A DNA stretch of 64,000 bases from an uncultured Eubacteriales bacterium (GCA_964538085.1 CAZIDF010000001.1:96826-160825); one strand, 5' to 3'. Positions 20,971 to 31,159 are shown, counted from the first letter of the stretch. The notes: generated by a model from the sequence alone, not told the origin. Translations and numbers: made by a program.

Positions 20971-22041
20971 ATGAGGATAAAATCATTAACGGCCACACCT
21001 GTGGAGTTACACCTCAAAGAACCATTTGCTATTGCAAACGAGACTGTGGATCGGGCAATCAATGTCTTCATAAAAGTCGAGACAGATCTGGGTCTTGTCG
21101 GATGGGGTTGTGCCACACCGGATTCTGTCACTTCCGAAACAGAGGAAACCGTTCTTTTAGCGTGCAATACGATTCTTCAAGACCTGATGATCGGAAAAGA
21201 TCCCATTCGTATCAACCAAATTAACGAGGACATCGAGCAAAATCTCAAAAAAAATCCCTCGGCAAAAGCAGGAGTCAACATGGCCCTGTATGATGTTCTC
21301 GGCAAGGTTGCAAACATGCCCCTGTATAGCCTTCTTGGTGGATATAGAGATAAAATTGAAACCTCGGTGACAATCGGACTGAATCCCACCGATATCATGG
21401 TGGAAAAAGCAAAGGAGTTTATCGCTCAGGGATTCACATGTCTCAAGATTAAATGCGGCATGGATCCGGATCAAGATATCGAGGCTGTCCTTTCGATAAG
21501 AAGCACGGTTGGATCTGCAATAAAAATACGCTTGGATGCCAATGAGGGATATACCGTTGAACAAGCCTTGCGAGTGGCTCAAACTTTGGAGGATCTCGGA
21601 GCGAACATCGAGATACTGGAGCAACCGACAAAGGCGAAATTTCTGTATGCTTTGAAAGAAGTCACGGTGCACTGCCCTGTCCCCATAATGGCGGATGAAA
21701 CTGCTCTGACCTTGAGGGACAGCTTAAAGGTCATAAAAAGAGAAGTTGCGGACATGATCAACATAAAGCTTATGAAAATCGGAGGAATCTCGAACGCCAT
21801 CAGGGCCAACCTCTTTGCTGACCTGGCAGAAATTCCCGTAATGGTGGGGTGCATGAATGAATCTATGGGCGCGATGGCGGCAGGAGTCCACTTTGCGTGT
21901 GCCTTTAAAAATGTTGTTTATGCAGATTTAGATTCTGCCTTGGACTTCACCGATGATGTCGTCAAAGGGGGGGCAAGCTATAAGGACGGCTTTGTCATCC
22001 CTTCGGACAAACCAGGCCTCGGCATAGAGGTTGATCTGTAG
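20971..22041 (+). CDS. L-Ala-D/L-Glu (dipeptide) epimerase, enolase superfamily
   Basis: MR/MLE subgroup motifs KIKCG and RLDANEGY, metal-ligand region EQP...MADE. Start chosen at ATG 20971, with GGAGGA just upstream. Confidence 0.8.
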   Translation: MRIKSLTATPVELHLKEPFAIANETVDRAINVFIKVETDLGLVGWGCATPDSVTSETEETVLLACNTILQDLMIGKDPIRINQINEDIEQNLKKNPSAKAGVNMALYDVLGKVANMPLYSLLGGYRDKIETSVTIGLNPTDIMVEKAKEFIAQGFTCLKIKCGMDPDQDIEAVLSIRSTVGSAIKIRLDANEGYTVEQALRVAQTLEDLGANIEILEQPTKAKFLYALKEVTVHCPVPIMADETALTLRDSLKVIKREVADMINIKLMKIGGISNAIRANLFADLAEIPVMVGCMNESMGAMAAGVHFACAFKNVVYADLDSALDFTDDVVKGGASYKDGFVIPSDKPGLGIEVDL

Positions 22042-23408
22042 TGAGAAATTTGATCGAAAATATTTTGAGGGATGTCCCCACCTATACCCGCTTTCTTACC
22101 GTCAGGGAGATAGATGAGCTGGTCGCTCTCATAAAGATGATGCCTGGTGTCGAGGAGAATATAATCGGCCGCACGGTCAACGATGAACCCCTTCTCATGT
22201 TAAGCATGGGGACAGGTAAAAAAACGGCGATGATCATTGGCGTTCCGCACAGCGATGAACCACTCGGAAGCCTAGTCGTTACCTTTTTTGCTAGATGGCT
22301 TGCGAAACACCCTGAGACCGATGGATTGGGCTGGCGTTGGCTGTTTATCCCGATTCTCGAGCGTAGGGGAATGCGCCTCAATGAAGGATGGTTCAATATG
22401 CCAGAGTCATTGGCGGCTATGGCAAAATCAACGTTCAGAGAACCCACAGAGCTCCAGTATGAATGGACTTTCCCCATCAGCTATGATGATTATCGATGGA
22501 CAAAATCAAGGCCTGAGACCCTCGCCGTAAAGGAAGTTCTCGAAAAGGAAAAACCCGATCTACTCTGCGGTCTGCACCACAGCGGATTCACGGATGCTTA
22601 TTATTACTTCAGCAAGGATTTCCCTGAAGTGTATCCAAAATTGAAGAAATTCGCTGCCAGTATTCAAATACCTCTTTCAGATTCAGCCCCCGATGTGCCA
22701 TTCGGAAATTTGTTGTCTCCTGGATTCTATCAAATGTATGGTCTCAAAGATTATATCGGCTACTATACAAAAAATGATCCGATGATATTGCCAGCAATTA
22801 AACGTGGAGCTTGCAGCGACGAATGGTACCAGAATGAAATCGGTGGCTTCAGTTTTAACTGTGAAGTGCCCATGTATCTAACTCCAAAATTAAAAGATAA
22901 AGCCCCTTCCCGAACATCCTTCAGAAAGATGATCGAGGAGAGATATAAACGAAAACAAGCAAGAGTCCTTTATTCCCTAAAGTTGTGGGATAAACTCAAA
23001 CACAACGAGGAAATGGCAGATCCACATCTTATGACTGCAGCAAAAAAACACTTGGCACACGCCCAAGCATCCCTGGAACATGAAAAACGAATCCTTTCGA
23101 AGATGGAAAACAAACCCATAACAAAAGCGGAGAAGTTCCAAAACAGCGTACTGGAAGACCTATTCGATTTATTTTTCCTAGGACAGATCTGGCGAGTTGC
23201 TGAAAGTATTTGCATCAAGGGAGGCGCAACCGATGTCTGCCACCTGATGGAGGCGGCGGATCTAGAGATCAAATCATTGGCAAAGAGTATTCAAGAAAGA
23301 GGAGCCTTCTACCACATCCCTATCCGGAGTTCTGTAAAAATGCAATTAGGGAGCTTGCTCATCATCGCAGAAGAGTTGAAAAAAAAGTACCATAAAGTAT
23401 CATATTGA
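22041..23408 (+). CDS. M14-family metallopeptidase, MpaA-like (gamma-D-Glu-diamino acid amidase-like)
   Basis: GVPHSDEPLGS carries HxxE. GTG start overlaps the epimerase stop (TAGTG), giving translational coupling. E. coli ycjG is adjacent to mpaA. Confidence 0.55.
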   Translation: MRNLIENILRDVPTYTRFLTVREIDELVALIKMMPGVEENIIGRTVNDEPLLMLSMGTGKKTAMIIGVPHSDEPLGSLVVTFFARWLAKHPETDGLGWRWLFIPILERRGMRLNEGWFNMPESLAAMAKSTFREPTELQYEWTFPISYDDYRWTKSRPETLAVKEVLEKEKPDLLCGLHHSGFTDAYYYFSKDFPEVYPKLKKFAASIQIPLSDSAPDVPFGNLLSPGFYQMYGLKDYIGYYTKNDPMILPAIKRGACSDEWYQNEIGGFSFNCEVPMYLTPKLKDKAPSRTSFRKMIEERYKRKQARVLYSLKLWDKLKHNEEMADPHLMTAAKKHLAHAQASLEHEKRILSKMENKPITKAEKFQNSVLEDLFDLFFLGQIWRVAESICIKGGATDVCHLMEAADLEIKSLAKSIQERGAFYHIPIRSSVKMQLGSLLIIAEELKKKYHKVSY

Positions 23409-23660
23409 ATTCTGCCTCATCCAGTGTTATAATAGCAACATTACAATTAAACTGACAGGAGAACACCGTTGAATTCCCAACATATTCCTCATCCGGCCTT
23501 GAACTTAGGTATTATCCGCAAAATAGCGCCAAGCGACTTTCACTGAATCGTTCAACTGGAAAAAAATTGTTTCGGTACCCTTCTTGCCTATTCTCAGCGA
23601 CAATTAAAATATCTCTTGACCCATGCTAGAAGTTGCGCCCTTGTAGAAACCTCGAACCAA

Positions 23661-23966
23661 ATGATTAGAGGTTTCATCATTCTTCTTTATCGAAAAAGAT
23701 CTACCGTCGCTGCCATTGAAACGCTGGATGTCGATCCCCGCTTCCATGGTCAAGGCATCGGCCTGCGCTTGCTAAAAGCTAGCGAAGAGGAAGTGGTTTC
23801 GTCTGGTATGAAAAGCATAAGATTAGAAGTCTCGACAAGCAATCTTCCCGCATTGCGACTGTATGAAAAAGCAGGATACCGGACAACGGCATTTTTGCCT
23901 AATTATTATTTAAATGAACATAATGGAAGCCGGAATGCTTACCGAATGGTTAAAAAGTTGGCTTAA
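23661..23966 (+). CDS. GNAT family N-acetyltransferase (short, RimI-like core)
   Basis: Acetyl-CoA-binding motif HGQGIGLRLL. Start placed at the first ATG (MIRGF); the track ORF begins at TTG. Confidence 0.55.
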   Translation: MIRGFIILLYRKRSTVAAIETLDVDPRFHGQGIGLRLLKASEEEVVSSGMKSIRLEVSTSNLPALRLYEKAGYRTTAFLPNYYLNEHNGSRNAYRMVKKLA

Positions 23967-25408
23967 ACAGAAGGCTTTTTGATCGGAACCCAATCTCCCT
24001 CTTCGAGCCTGCAATATCCGATCGTATAGCGCTCGAGTATGGACATCAATCTTTTTCGAAAATGTCTCGGGATCATATGGATATCGGCAATATCGCTATC
24101 GAGATGAATTCTCTCGATATGATCCACCTGTCTTCCCTGTGGAGATTCACGTTTTCCTTTGAGAAGATAAAAGGAATGATCTTTTTCATCCTGATCGAGT
24201 CTCAAGAGAGAAAAATCGCTCCTTTTTCGAAGAGACAGGATGTCCTTTTTCGAAAAGTTCATCTTTTCGGGATTCCCGTTGTTTGCCATGAGGAAGAGAA
24301 GCACTCCGATACATTTGGAACAGATCCCACAGGGCACGATTTCACGGTCAACGAAGTGACAGGAATGACAGGATCGCTGTTTATCAGCCAAATGCAGATA
24401 GCGTGAGATAAGGATTCGTTCCACGATAAGCCCTGTGATGTTGCGAACGGTAGACCATTGAGACAGTCCCGATATTCTCCGGGAATACCAGTCATTCATC
24501 CTGATATCAAAATCTTGGTGTTGATCATATATCCCGAAATAATGGGAAATGCCATGATAAAGGGGAGGTGACCGGAGATCATCGAATTCACTTCCGATAA
24601 GTAGGTTGCCGATTCCTTCATGGACAAAAACAGGGAGCAAAGCAAAAACATAAAAAGGAAAAATACACAGTCTGATCGGATAAGTGTCAGCCCTTATTTT
24701 CCTAAAATCGGACCGGATAAAATGAAGATGATCCAGCATGAAATTATAAAACCGGTCCACATTTGTCCATATTCGCCGCGTGTTCGGATCGGCTTTTTTG
24801 TGATACCGATAGGCAGGCAAAGCGGGTCTCCAGTGCCCCCCGCTTTCATTCACATACAGAGGATACACATCCGCCCCGGCCTCGCTCAGCAACGCATAAG
24901 TCAACAAGCTCTCTTTTCCTCCGCTAGAAAGAACACCACACCTGTTTTCCTTCATCCCCTTCGCGATAAAACGATCAGGATGGACATGGGCGGGCTCTAT
25001 CTCCGCTCGAAGATCCGAGTGCAAGGGCAGGACATCGTTCTCGGAGAGAAAAAACTCAGGCAAGATATAATTTGCTCTGCGCCGGAGAATCTTATTCACT
25101 AAGATATCCCGGCTGAAAACAACATTCAGGTCATCAAGAAGACGAATGTCGGAATCAGACAAAGAAAAATCGAGCACAAACCTTTTGGAAAACAGGCCAT
25201 AGTTCAGAAGCGGCATGCAAAAAGCCATCCTCAGGAGAGGCAGATGACTCTCCTGTATTTCGTTTTCATACCTGACTTCCAAAACAAATTTATGAGTGTC
25301 GCCATCGATGGAATTCAATGTGACTTCCGATTTTGCGGTGGGCCCGCTTATGACTGGTTCAGAGAGTGTTATCGAGGAAAAGCTTATAAAATGTGATTGG
25401 TTATTCAT
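23963..25408 (-). CDS. PP-loop superfamily ATP pyrophosphatase with Cys cluster (adenine nucleotide alpha-hydrolase fold)
   Basis: SSGGKESLL PP-loop. C-terminal CHSCHF...CGICSKC cysteine cluster. The ATG overlaps the DUF1611 stop (ATGAATAA), so the start was moved to 25408. Confidence 0.55.
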   Translation of the reverse strand: MNNQSHFISFSSITLSEPVISGPTAKSEVTLNSIDGDTHKFVLEVRYENEIQESHLPLLRMAFCMPLLNYGLFSKRFVLDFSLSDSDIRLLDDLNVVFSRDILVNKILRRRANYILPEFFLSENDVLPLHSDLRAEIEPAHVHPDRFIAKGMKENRCGVLSSGGKESLLTYALLSEAGADVYPLYVNESGGHWRPALPAYRYHKKADPNTRRIWTNVDRFYNFMLDHLHFIRSDFRKIRADTYPIRLCIFPFYVFALLPVFVHEGIGNLLIGSEFDDLRSPPLYHGISHYFGIYDQHQDFDIRMNDWYSRRISGLSQWSTVRNITGLIVERILISRYLHLADKQRSCHSCHFVDREIVPCGICSKCIGVLLFLMANNGNPEKMNFSKKDILSLRKRSDFSLLRLDQDEKDHSFYLLKGKRESPQGRQVDHIERIHLDSDIADIHMIPRHFRKRLMSILERYTIGYCRLEEGDWVPIKKPSV

Positions 25409-26450
25409 CACGGAAATTAACGAGCTTCTCAACGATCTCATCCACTCCATCTGACAGTGGCTCCACGACCGGGACACGGAACGTGTTCCCCAGTTTCTCC
25501 TTCGCCATTTTAATTTCGGAAGCATCCATCTTTTCTCGGTTAAGCCCTATGGCGAGCAGCGGTTTGCCTGTCAGAAGTTCTGCGATTCGAATTATTCTTG
25601 ACGGATCCGGCATAGGATACTCGGGAAAACCATCAAGATGCGGCCTTTTGGGGGCATCGACAAGGATAAACCCATGGACCTTCCCGGCAGCCAATATTTC
25701 ATATCCTCCTGGGAAAAAGGGATGAACAAGGCTCCCCTGTCCCTCGATGATGATAAAATCCGGAGAGAGGTCTTTCCATGAGTCGAGGATCGCTCCCTCA
25801 ATCCCTCCTGCGATAAAATCATTGATCATGGCATCCAGAACTATCCCGTGAGGCCAACCCTGAATCCAGCCGGTCTGACCGGTAAAAATCATATCGGACA
25901 TATGTCCGTGCTTTTTCAGCCCTTCGTTTAAAAGCACGGCCAAAGTTCTTTTTCCGACAGCCGAGTCGACTCCCAGGAGAGCGATCCGTATCGATTTTAC
26001 TTTTGAGATTTCTCCGGTATAAAAGCGTTTATGATCCCGAAATATTTTTCTGACATCGACTATTTCACATTTATTTTCCTTGGCTAACTTTTCAAAAACA
26101 GGATTATCTGAGAGGAACTCATGAAGTCCTGAAACGACATCCAGGCCGTTTGAAAGAGCCCATGAGACCGCTTTGTCGTATCCATCGGGAAGAATCCCTC
26201 CTTCCGACACAGCCCCGATGATGAAAGTATCCGCTCGAGTTGCAGCCAGCGATCTCTCCAGGTCATTGAAAAGGGGTATCCCTCTTTTCTTCCCATCCAA
26301 GATCTCGCCTGCATCTCCTTCTGGCAATGTAGAGTCTACGACAGAAGCGATATGATATTTTTTGCTGTACCGGACCAAACCATGCGCGGTCTTTCCATCG
26401 GCACAGTTATAGAGCCGATCAGCATAGACGATCGCGCTTTTTTTGGCCAT
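25401..26450 (-). CDS. DUF1611 family protein (DgcN-like, putative D-Glu N-acetyltransferase family)
   Basis: 349 aa with the overall architecture of DUF1611/PF07755. Lies 12 nt downstream of the PLP-enzyme gene. Confidence 0.55.
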   Translation of the reverse strand: MAKKSAIVYADRLYNCADGKTAHGLVRYSKKYHIASVVDSTLPEGDAGEILDGKKRGIPLFNDLERSLAATRADTFIIGAVSEGGILPDGYDKAVSWALSNGLDVVSGLHEFLSDNPVFEKLAKENKCEIVDVRKIFRDHKRFYTGEISKVKSIRIALLGVDSAVGKRTLAVLLNEGLKKHGHMSDMIFTGQTGWIQGWPHGIVLDAMINDFIAGGIEGAILDSWKDLSPDFIIIEGQGSLVHPFFPGGYEILAAGKVHGFILVDAPKRPHLDGFPEYPMPDPSRIIRIAELLTGKPLLAIGLNREKMDASEIKMAKEKLGNTFRVPVVEPLSDGVDEIVEKLVNFRDE

Positions 26451-26462
26451 CCTAAATTTTTT

Positions 26463-27602
26463 TCAGCTCTTTCTGCCTGTCAATACCGCTATGTATCTAT
26501 CTTGGGCGAAGGGCTCTTTCTGGTGTTGTTCTAGCAGGGAAATGAGACCTGCAGTCGATGCTGGCAACACATTCAACCCTTCTTTTTCGCGAATGATTCT
26601 GGAAAAGGTCAGCATGTTTTTATCGCTGCCATAAGAGGCCCAGCCTCCCGAGTTTCGAATGGCATACAATGCATAATCTCCATCGATCGCACGCCAGTTG
26701 ATCAATGGCTCATTCACGGCTGTCTCCCGGATCTTTTCCGGCATCAAATCCTGGCAATTCGGAAGATTTTTGATGTAAGCCTGGATTATCGGATTTTTCC
26801 CGAAAGATGATCCTGCAATGATCTTGGGAATCCGGGAAGTTTTTCCTCTTCTGTAGAGGCTGACAAAACCCTTGTAAACTCCAGCCAGGGTGGTCCCATT
26901 GGATACAGGCAAGGCCACAACTGCGGGGGCATCGCGCAGTTCATCATAAATCTCTCGAGCAATTTCTCCATAGGCATTCAACTGAAGAACCGTGTTTGCA
27001 CCACCGGCATTGGCATCGTAGTAGTCACTCTTTTCCGCCATTTGTTGAGAAACTATAACCGCATTCTCGTAATCGCCGGGAATTCGCAATACCTCAGCTC
27101 CATACCCCGATATCTCCTTTATCCGTGTAGTGTGGTATTTTTCCGGTATGTAAATGACACATCTCAAACCCGCAAGACAGGCTGCCAGAGCAATAGCAGC
27201 GCCATAATTGCCACAAGTCGCAACCGTAATCGTATCATACCCCCGACGGAGAGCATCCATAACCTGTGCGAAGGCAATTCTGTCTTTTTGCGTACCCGTG
27301 GCTGTGCTTCCTTCGAACTTGAGATAGATCTGCCGGATTCCAAATTCGCGCTCGATATTTCGGGCCCGTGTTAGGTTGGTATCCCCTATCTCTGAATCTA
27401 TGATGTCTTCGAACGCTTCCAATCGTTCTTCCCTAGTGTGAGAATGATCGGCAGCGATTTTTCTCTGCATTTCCAGTTCAGGAGCGATCGAGGGATACTG
27501 GGCTGTAGCCCCATCCAAAAGAGAGAGTATGCTATCCAGACTATGCTCTTCAGTTTGCTCTGAATTTTTGTCTTTGGTTTGATCTAACTTATCGTTCGAC
27601 AT
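26463..27602 (-). CDS. PLP-dependent enzyme, tryptophan-synthase-beta superfamily (threonine synthase / SbnA-like)
   Basis: TGTQKDR lysine motif (compare TGSFKDR). Glycine-rich PLP phosphate-binding loop GSSFGKNP. Confidence 0.65.
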   Translation of the reverse strand: MSNDKLDQTKDKNSEQTEEHSLDSILSLLDGATAQYPSIAPELEMQRKIAADHSHTREERLEAFEDIIDSEIGDTNLTRARNIEREFGIRQIYLKFEGSTATGTQKDRIAFAQVMDALRRGYDTITVATCGNYGAAIALAACLAGLRCVIYIPEKYHTTRIKEISGYGAEVLRIPGDYENAVIVSQQMAEKSDYYDANAGGANTVLQLNAYGEIAREIYDELRDAPAVVALPVSNGTTLAGVYKGFVSLYRRGKTSRIPKIIAGSSFGKNPIIQAYIKNLPNCQDLMPEKIRETAVNEPLINWRAIDGDYALYAIRNSGGWASYGSDKNMLTFSRIIREKEGLNVLPASTAGLISLLEQHQKEPFAQDRYIAVLTGRKS

Positions 27603-27722
27603 CGGTTTTATCTAAGAATACACATATCATATTTTTGCAATTTTTCAATGATTTTTCGCACATCTGACAAAAAAAATATTTCCAAGGATCCTCTTGGAAA
27701 TCGCCTCCCGGCCCTTTTCAGC

Positions 27723-27941
27723 TCAAGATTTTGTTTTTCGTTGGGTCACTAAGAAGCCGAGAACAAATCCGACAGCCAAGAGCCCAACCATAAAAATGAT
27801 CCGCGACATCATGATTTTCCAGAAGAACAATTGAAGGGTAACTATTTCCGAATTCTGGACAACGATCACGACAGCCAACACAACGAGCACTAAAATAAGA
27901 ACTGTTTTGGATTTTACAGTCATTTTCTCTTTCATAACCAC
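27723..27941 (-). CDS. small membrane protein (LapA/DUF1049-like)
   Basis: 72 aa with two hydrophobic helices. Overlaps the corA stop region. Confidence 0.45.
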   Translation of the reverse strand: MVMKEKMTVKSKTVLILVLVVLAVVIVVQNSEIVTLQLFFWKIMMSRIIFMVGLLAVGFVLGFLVTQRKTKS

Positions 27942-29005
27942 TTTCTCCTTTTAAAAAACATCAGCATGACAAGTGCGACGACAAGGATCACGCCCCAAAC
28001 GCCAAAATAGGCCCAGTGCCATTTGAGTTCGGGCATGAACTCGAAATTCATCCCATATATTCCAGCGATAAATGTCAACGGGATGAATATCGTCGCGATG
28101 ATGGTCAGGACCTTCATCACCTCATTCATCCGGTTGCTGATGCTCGAGAGATAGGTGTCATGCATACCGGAGAGCATATCTCGGTAAGTTTCCAGGGTAT
28201 CGATAACCTGAATCGTATGATCGTAAATATCTCTGAGGTAGATCCGAGTAGATTTTTGAATGAGCCGGGATTCGCTCCTTTCCAACAAATTCACAAGCTC
28301 CCTTAGAGGCCATACCGACCGCCTCAAAAAAATCATCTCCCTTTTGAGTTTGTGAATTTCCTGCAAGGTCTCCGGTTTGGGATCTGTGACCACCTTATCT
28401 TCCAATTCCTCGATCTTTTCCCCGTCTTTTTCCAGGATAGAAAAGTAGTTGTCAACCACAGCATCGATCAACGAATAAGCGAGGTAATCGGTGCCCATTT
28501 TCCGGATCCGGCCTTTGCCATTTCGGATTCTCGTCCTTATGGGCTCAAAAATATCTCCTTGTTTTTCCTGGAATGAAACAACATAATTTTCCCCAAAAAT
28601 AAGGCTCACCTGTTCGATTTGCGTTTCTTTGGACTCTTCATCAATATAGAGCATTTTCAATACCACATATATATAATTTTCAAATTCCTCCATCTTGGGA
28701 CGCTGCTGGGTATGGACAATGTCTTCTAAAACTAAAGGGTGAAGGCCGAAATTTTCTCCTAATTTTTGGATGATGTCAACATCATGGACACCATCGATAT
28801 TTATCCATGTGACAGTCGACGTCTCTTTGAAAGGGAAACATTCTTCGATCTCTTTGACCTCTCTTTCTTGAAACTGGGATTCATCATAGTCGAGGAGAGT
28901 AATTTTTGTTTCTTCGGTTTTTTTGTCTCCGACAAAAACCGGAGTCCCGGGGGGAAGGCCCCTCTTTTTATCTCTTTTCCGGCTGAATTTATTCAATGAA
29001 ATCAT
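27932..29005 (-). CDS. corA: magnesium/cobalt transporter CorA
   Basis: YGMNF (GMN) motif followed by two C-terminal TM helices. Start set at MISLNKF, which has a GGAGG SD 7 nt upstream. Confidence 0.8.
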   Translation of the reverse strand: MISLNKFSRKRDKKRGLPPGTPVFVGDKKTEETKITLLDYDESQFQEREVKEIEECFPFKETSTVTWINIDGVHDVDIIQKLGENFGLHPLVLEDIVHTQQRPKMEEFENYIYVVLKMLYIDEESKETQIEQVSLIFGENYVVSFQEKQGDIFEPIRTRIRNGKGRIRKMGTDYLAYSLIDAVVDNYFSILEKDGEKIEELEDKVVTDPKPETLQEIHKLKREMIFLRRSVWPLRELVNLLERSESRLIQKSTRIYLRDIYDHTIQVIDTLETYRDMLSGMHDTYLSSISNRMNEVMKVLTIIATIFIPLTFIAGIYGMNFEFMPELKWHWAYFGVWGVILVVALVMLMFFKRRKWL

Positions 29006-29150
29006 ATTTACCTCCTCGAAGCGGTGCAATGACCATCGCAAAAAAAAACCATGAAATTCTCTCTGTTTTTTCAATGAAGGCTACCTTCACAACATTCCTG
29101 TACCCTTCGGGAAGGAACATCTCTATCAATCTGAGTGACATTTGTCCTCC

Positions 29151-29837
29151 CTAATGCCCTTCTTCTTTGAACAAATCTCTCAGGATCTTCAGAGCGCCAT
29201 ACAGGATGATTTGATCCCCGGCTTGAATGATCTCGCTCGCTTTGGGAATCGGAACCCAATTCTTCCCCCTTTCGATCCCCAAAACCATGACTCCCCTTTC
29301 TCTAAGATGTCCGTCTTTGAGAGAGGTCCCTATCAACGGAGATCTCTCGCCGATGATCTTTTTGATCAGACCGTATCCTTCTAAAAAATGCAACAAGTCT
29401 TCGGTTGCCGCCTCTTCGAATGCCGGAGATTTTATCAGTCTTTTCTCGATAAAACTCTCCCATCGTCTGGCGAATTTTTTGTGGGTTGCGATTTTATAAA
29501 TCAAAAACACCCCGACGATCAGGATCAAAACATTTATCGGCAATTGGTATCCTCGGCTGGTGGACAGAGAAGAGGTTGCGGAGACGATAACGGTTACGAT
29601 TCCCGCATTTCCCGAGATCATCAGATACCGGATGATCTGACGTCTACGCGGGTGATTGACGATAGCTTCGGATTCTTTCGTAGTAAAACCTGTCCCCGAA
29701 AAGGCAGATAACGCCTGGAATCTCGCCTTTTTTTTCTCCAGTCCTGTCATCATCAAGGCGATGGATGCAGCTCTTACGACAAGGAAAGAAACCAATATGG
29801 CCAACAGAGCGGGGACCAAAAAAGCAAGGCTACTCAT
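29151..29837 (-). CDS. membrane protein with C-terminal TrkA-C (RCK_C) domain
   Basis: Three TM segments, then an RCK_C-like segment (IGERSPLIGTSLKD...VMVLGIERG...AGDQIILYG). Start set at MSSLAFL, which has a GAGGAGG SD. Confidence 0.5.
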   Translation of the reverse strand: MSSLAFLVPALLAILVSFLVVRAASIALMMTGLEKKKARFQALSAFSGTGFTTKESEAIVNHPRRRQIIRYLMISGNAGIVTVIVSATSSLSTSRGYQLPINVLILIVGVFLIYKIATHKKFARRWESFIEKRLIKSPAFEEAATEDLLHFLEGYGLIKKIIGERSPLIGTSLKDGHLRERGVMVLGIERGKNWVPIPKASEIIQAGDQIILYGALKILRDLFKEEGH

Positions 29838-30003
29838 TCGTGCCTCCTCAGACGACTTATCCAATGAGGATATTTTATAGAAAATGCCTTAATAAAACTA
29901 TAAATGAGAAATCTTTTTTTGACATTTAGAGAAATTTTGCATAAATTTATAATCGGTGGGTCAGATCGTTTTTTATGAAATTTTGTTTTAACACAGAACC
30001 CAA

Positions 30004-30819
30004 ATGAAGGATCAAATTATCGTTTTCACTGACCTTGACGGTACGCTTGTTGATTACCACACTTATTCCTATGAACAAGCCCTCCCAGCGCTGGTTGAGT
30101 TAAAAAAAAATGACATTCCTCTGATCATCTGCTCGAGCAAAACCCGGGCAGAAATAGAAAAATTTCGTTCAAGGCTGGACAACGACCATCCGTTTATCTC
30201 TGAAAACGGCGGGGCCATTTTTGTTCCTCTGGACTATTATGACTTCGAGATTCCTTATACTCGAAAAGATTTGAAGTATTGGATAATCGAGTTTGGCACG
30301 CCCTACCACAAAATCAGGGGAACATTGCAGAAAATACAATCTGAATTCCCCGATAAGGTAAGGGGATTCGGTGATATATCTGCCCAGGAAGTGGCAAACT
30401 TATGCGAGATTCCTTCGGATGAAGGCGTTCTGGCAAAAGAACGAGAATACGATGAACCTTTTCTCCTCAAAGACAAAACAATACTGGATAAAATTCGAGA
30501 GTTAGCCAAAGAAGATCATCTCCAAATCATTCAAGGAGGTCGGTTTTATCATCTCATCGGGGAAAATGACAAGGGGAAGGCTGTCTCCTATTTGACGGAT
30601 ATTACCAGGAGAGCTTATGACGATATCAAAACCATCGGCCTCGGGGATAGCCAGAACGATTTGCCCATGCTTCAAGTCGTTGATTTTCCTGTATTGGTCA
30701 AAAAACCGGATGGAAGCCATGCCCCTGACATAAACCTGGATAATCTTATCCGTTCGCCAGGCAAAGGTCCTGTGGGTTGGAATTTTTCTGTAATGGAGCT
30801 CCTGGATAAGCTGGTATAG
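30004..30819 (+). CDS. HAD-IIB hydrolase, mannosyl-3-phosphoglycerate phosphatase (MpgP/YedP) family
   Basis: FTDLDGTL motif I, SSKT motif II, GDSQND motif IV. Length and cap match the MPGP family (TIGR01486-like). Confidence 0.65.
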   Translation: MKDQIIVFTDLDGTLVDYHTYSYEQALPALVELKKNDIPLIICSSKTRAEIEKFRSRLDNDHPFISENGGAIFVPLDYYDFEIPYTRKDLKYWIIEFGTPYHKIRGTLQKIQSEFPDKVRGFGDISAQEVANLCEIPSDEGVLAKEREYDEPFLLKDKTILDKIRELAKEDHLQIIQGGRFYHLIGENDKGKAVSYLTDITRRAYDDIKTIGLGDSQNDLPMLQVVDFPVLVKKPDGSHAPDINLDNLIRSPGKGPVGWNFSVMELLDKLV

Positions 30820-30959
30820 TTTCTCACAAGCTCCATAATACAAATATCAGCCCGTATCATTCGACGATCCTGTTGGCTATATCTTCAATGGTCGCTTCAA
30901 CCATCCCCAAAAATCCCATTTATCACATACGCGGAAAAGGAGAGACCCAGGCGAGGAAG

Positions 30960-31159
30960 GGAAGCATTTCCAAATCCGTGATAATTTTAATATGGTCAGG
31001 GAAGCTGAAGAGGAAGTCATCCGGAGGCGAGCGGGCATGGTTCCTCGTAGAGGAGAGCGAGCCGAGGAACTAAGCGGAATTTCCTCGCTGGGGAAATTCA
31101 GCGGGCTGACGTTTCAGCTTGCCTGACTGTTTCTTTATCACGGATTTGGAAATGCTTAC
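30960..31159. mobile_element. MITE-like element, copy 2 (200 bp) with imperfect 25-bp terminal inverted repeats (TIRs) and a 9-bp flanking direct repeat
   Basis: Left end GGAAGCATTTCCAAATCCGTGATAA (30960-30984). Right end TTATCACGGATTTGGAAATGCTTAC (31135-31159). Flanking direct repeat GCGAGGAAG at 30951-30959 and 31160-31168. Confidence 0.45.

Noticed and set aside
29071-29259. 62-aa ORF between corA and the TrkA-C membrane gene
   Set aside because: Overlaps the 3' end of the TrkA-C gene and the region upstream of corA. No RBS. Likely non-coding.
30873-31073. 66-aa ORF across the left end of MITE-like copy 2
   Set aside because: Spans the inverted repeat and interior of a non-coding element. 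No start context. Spurious.
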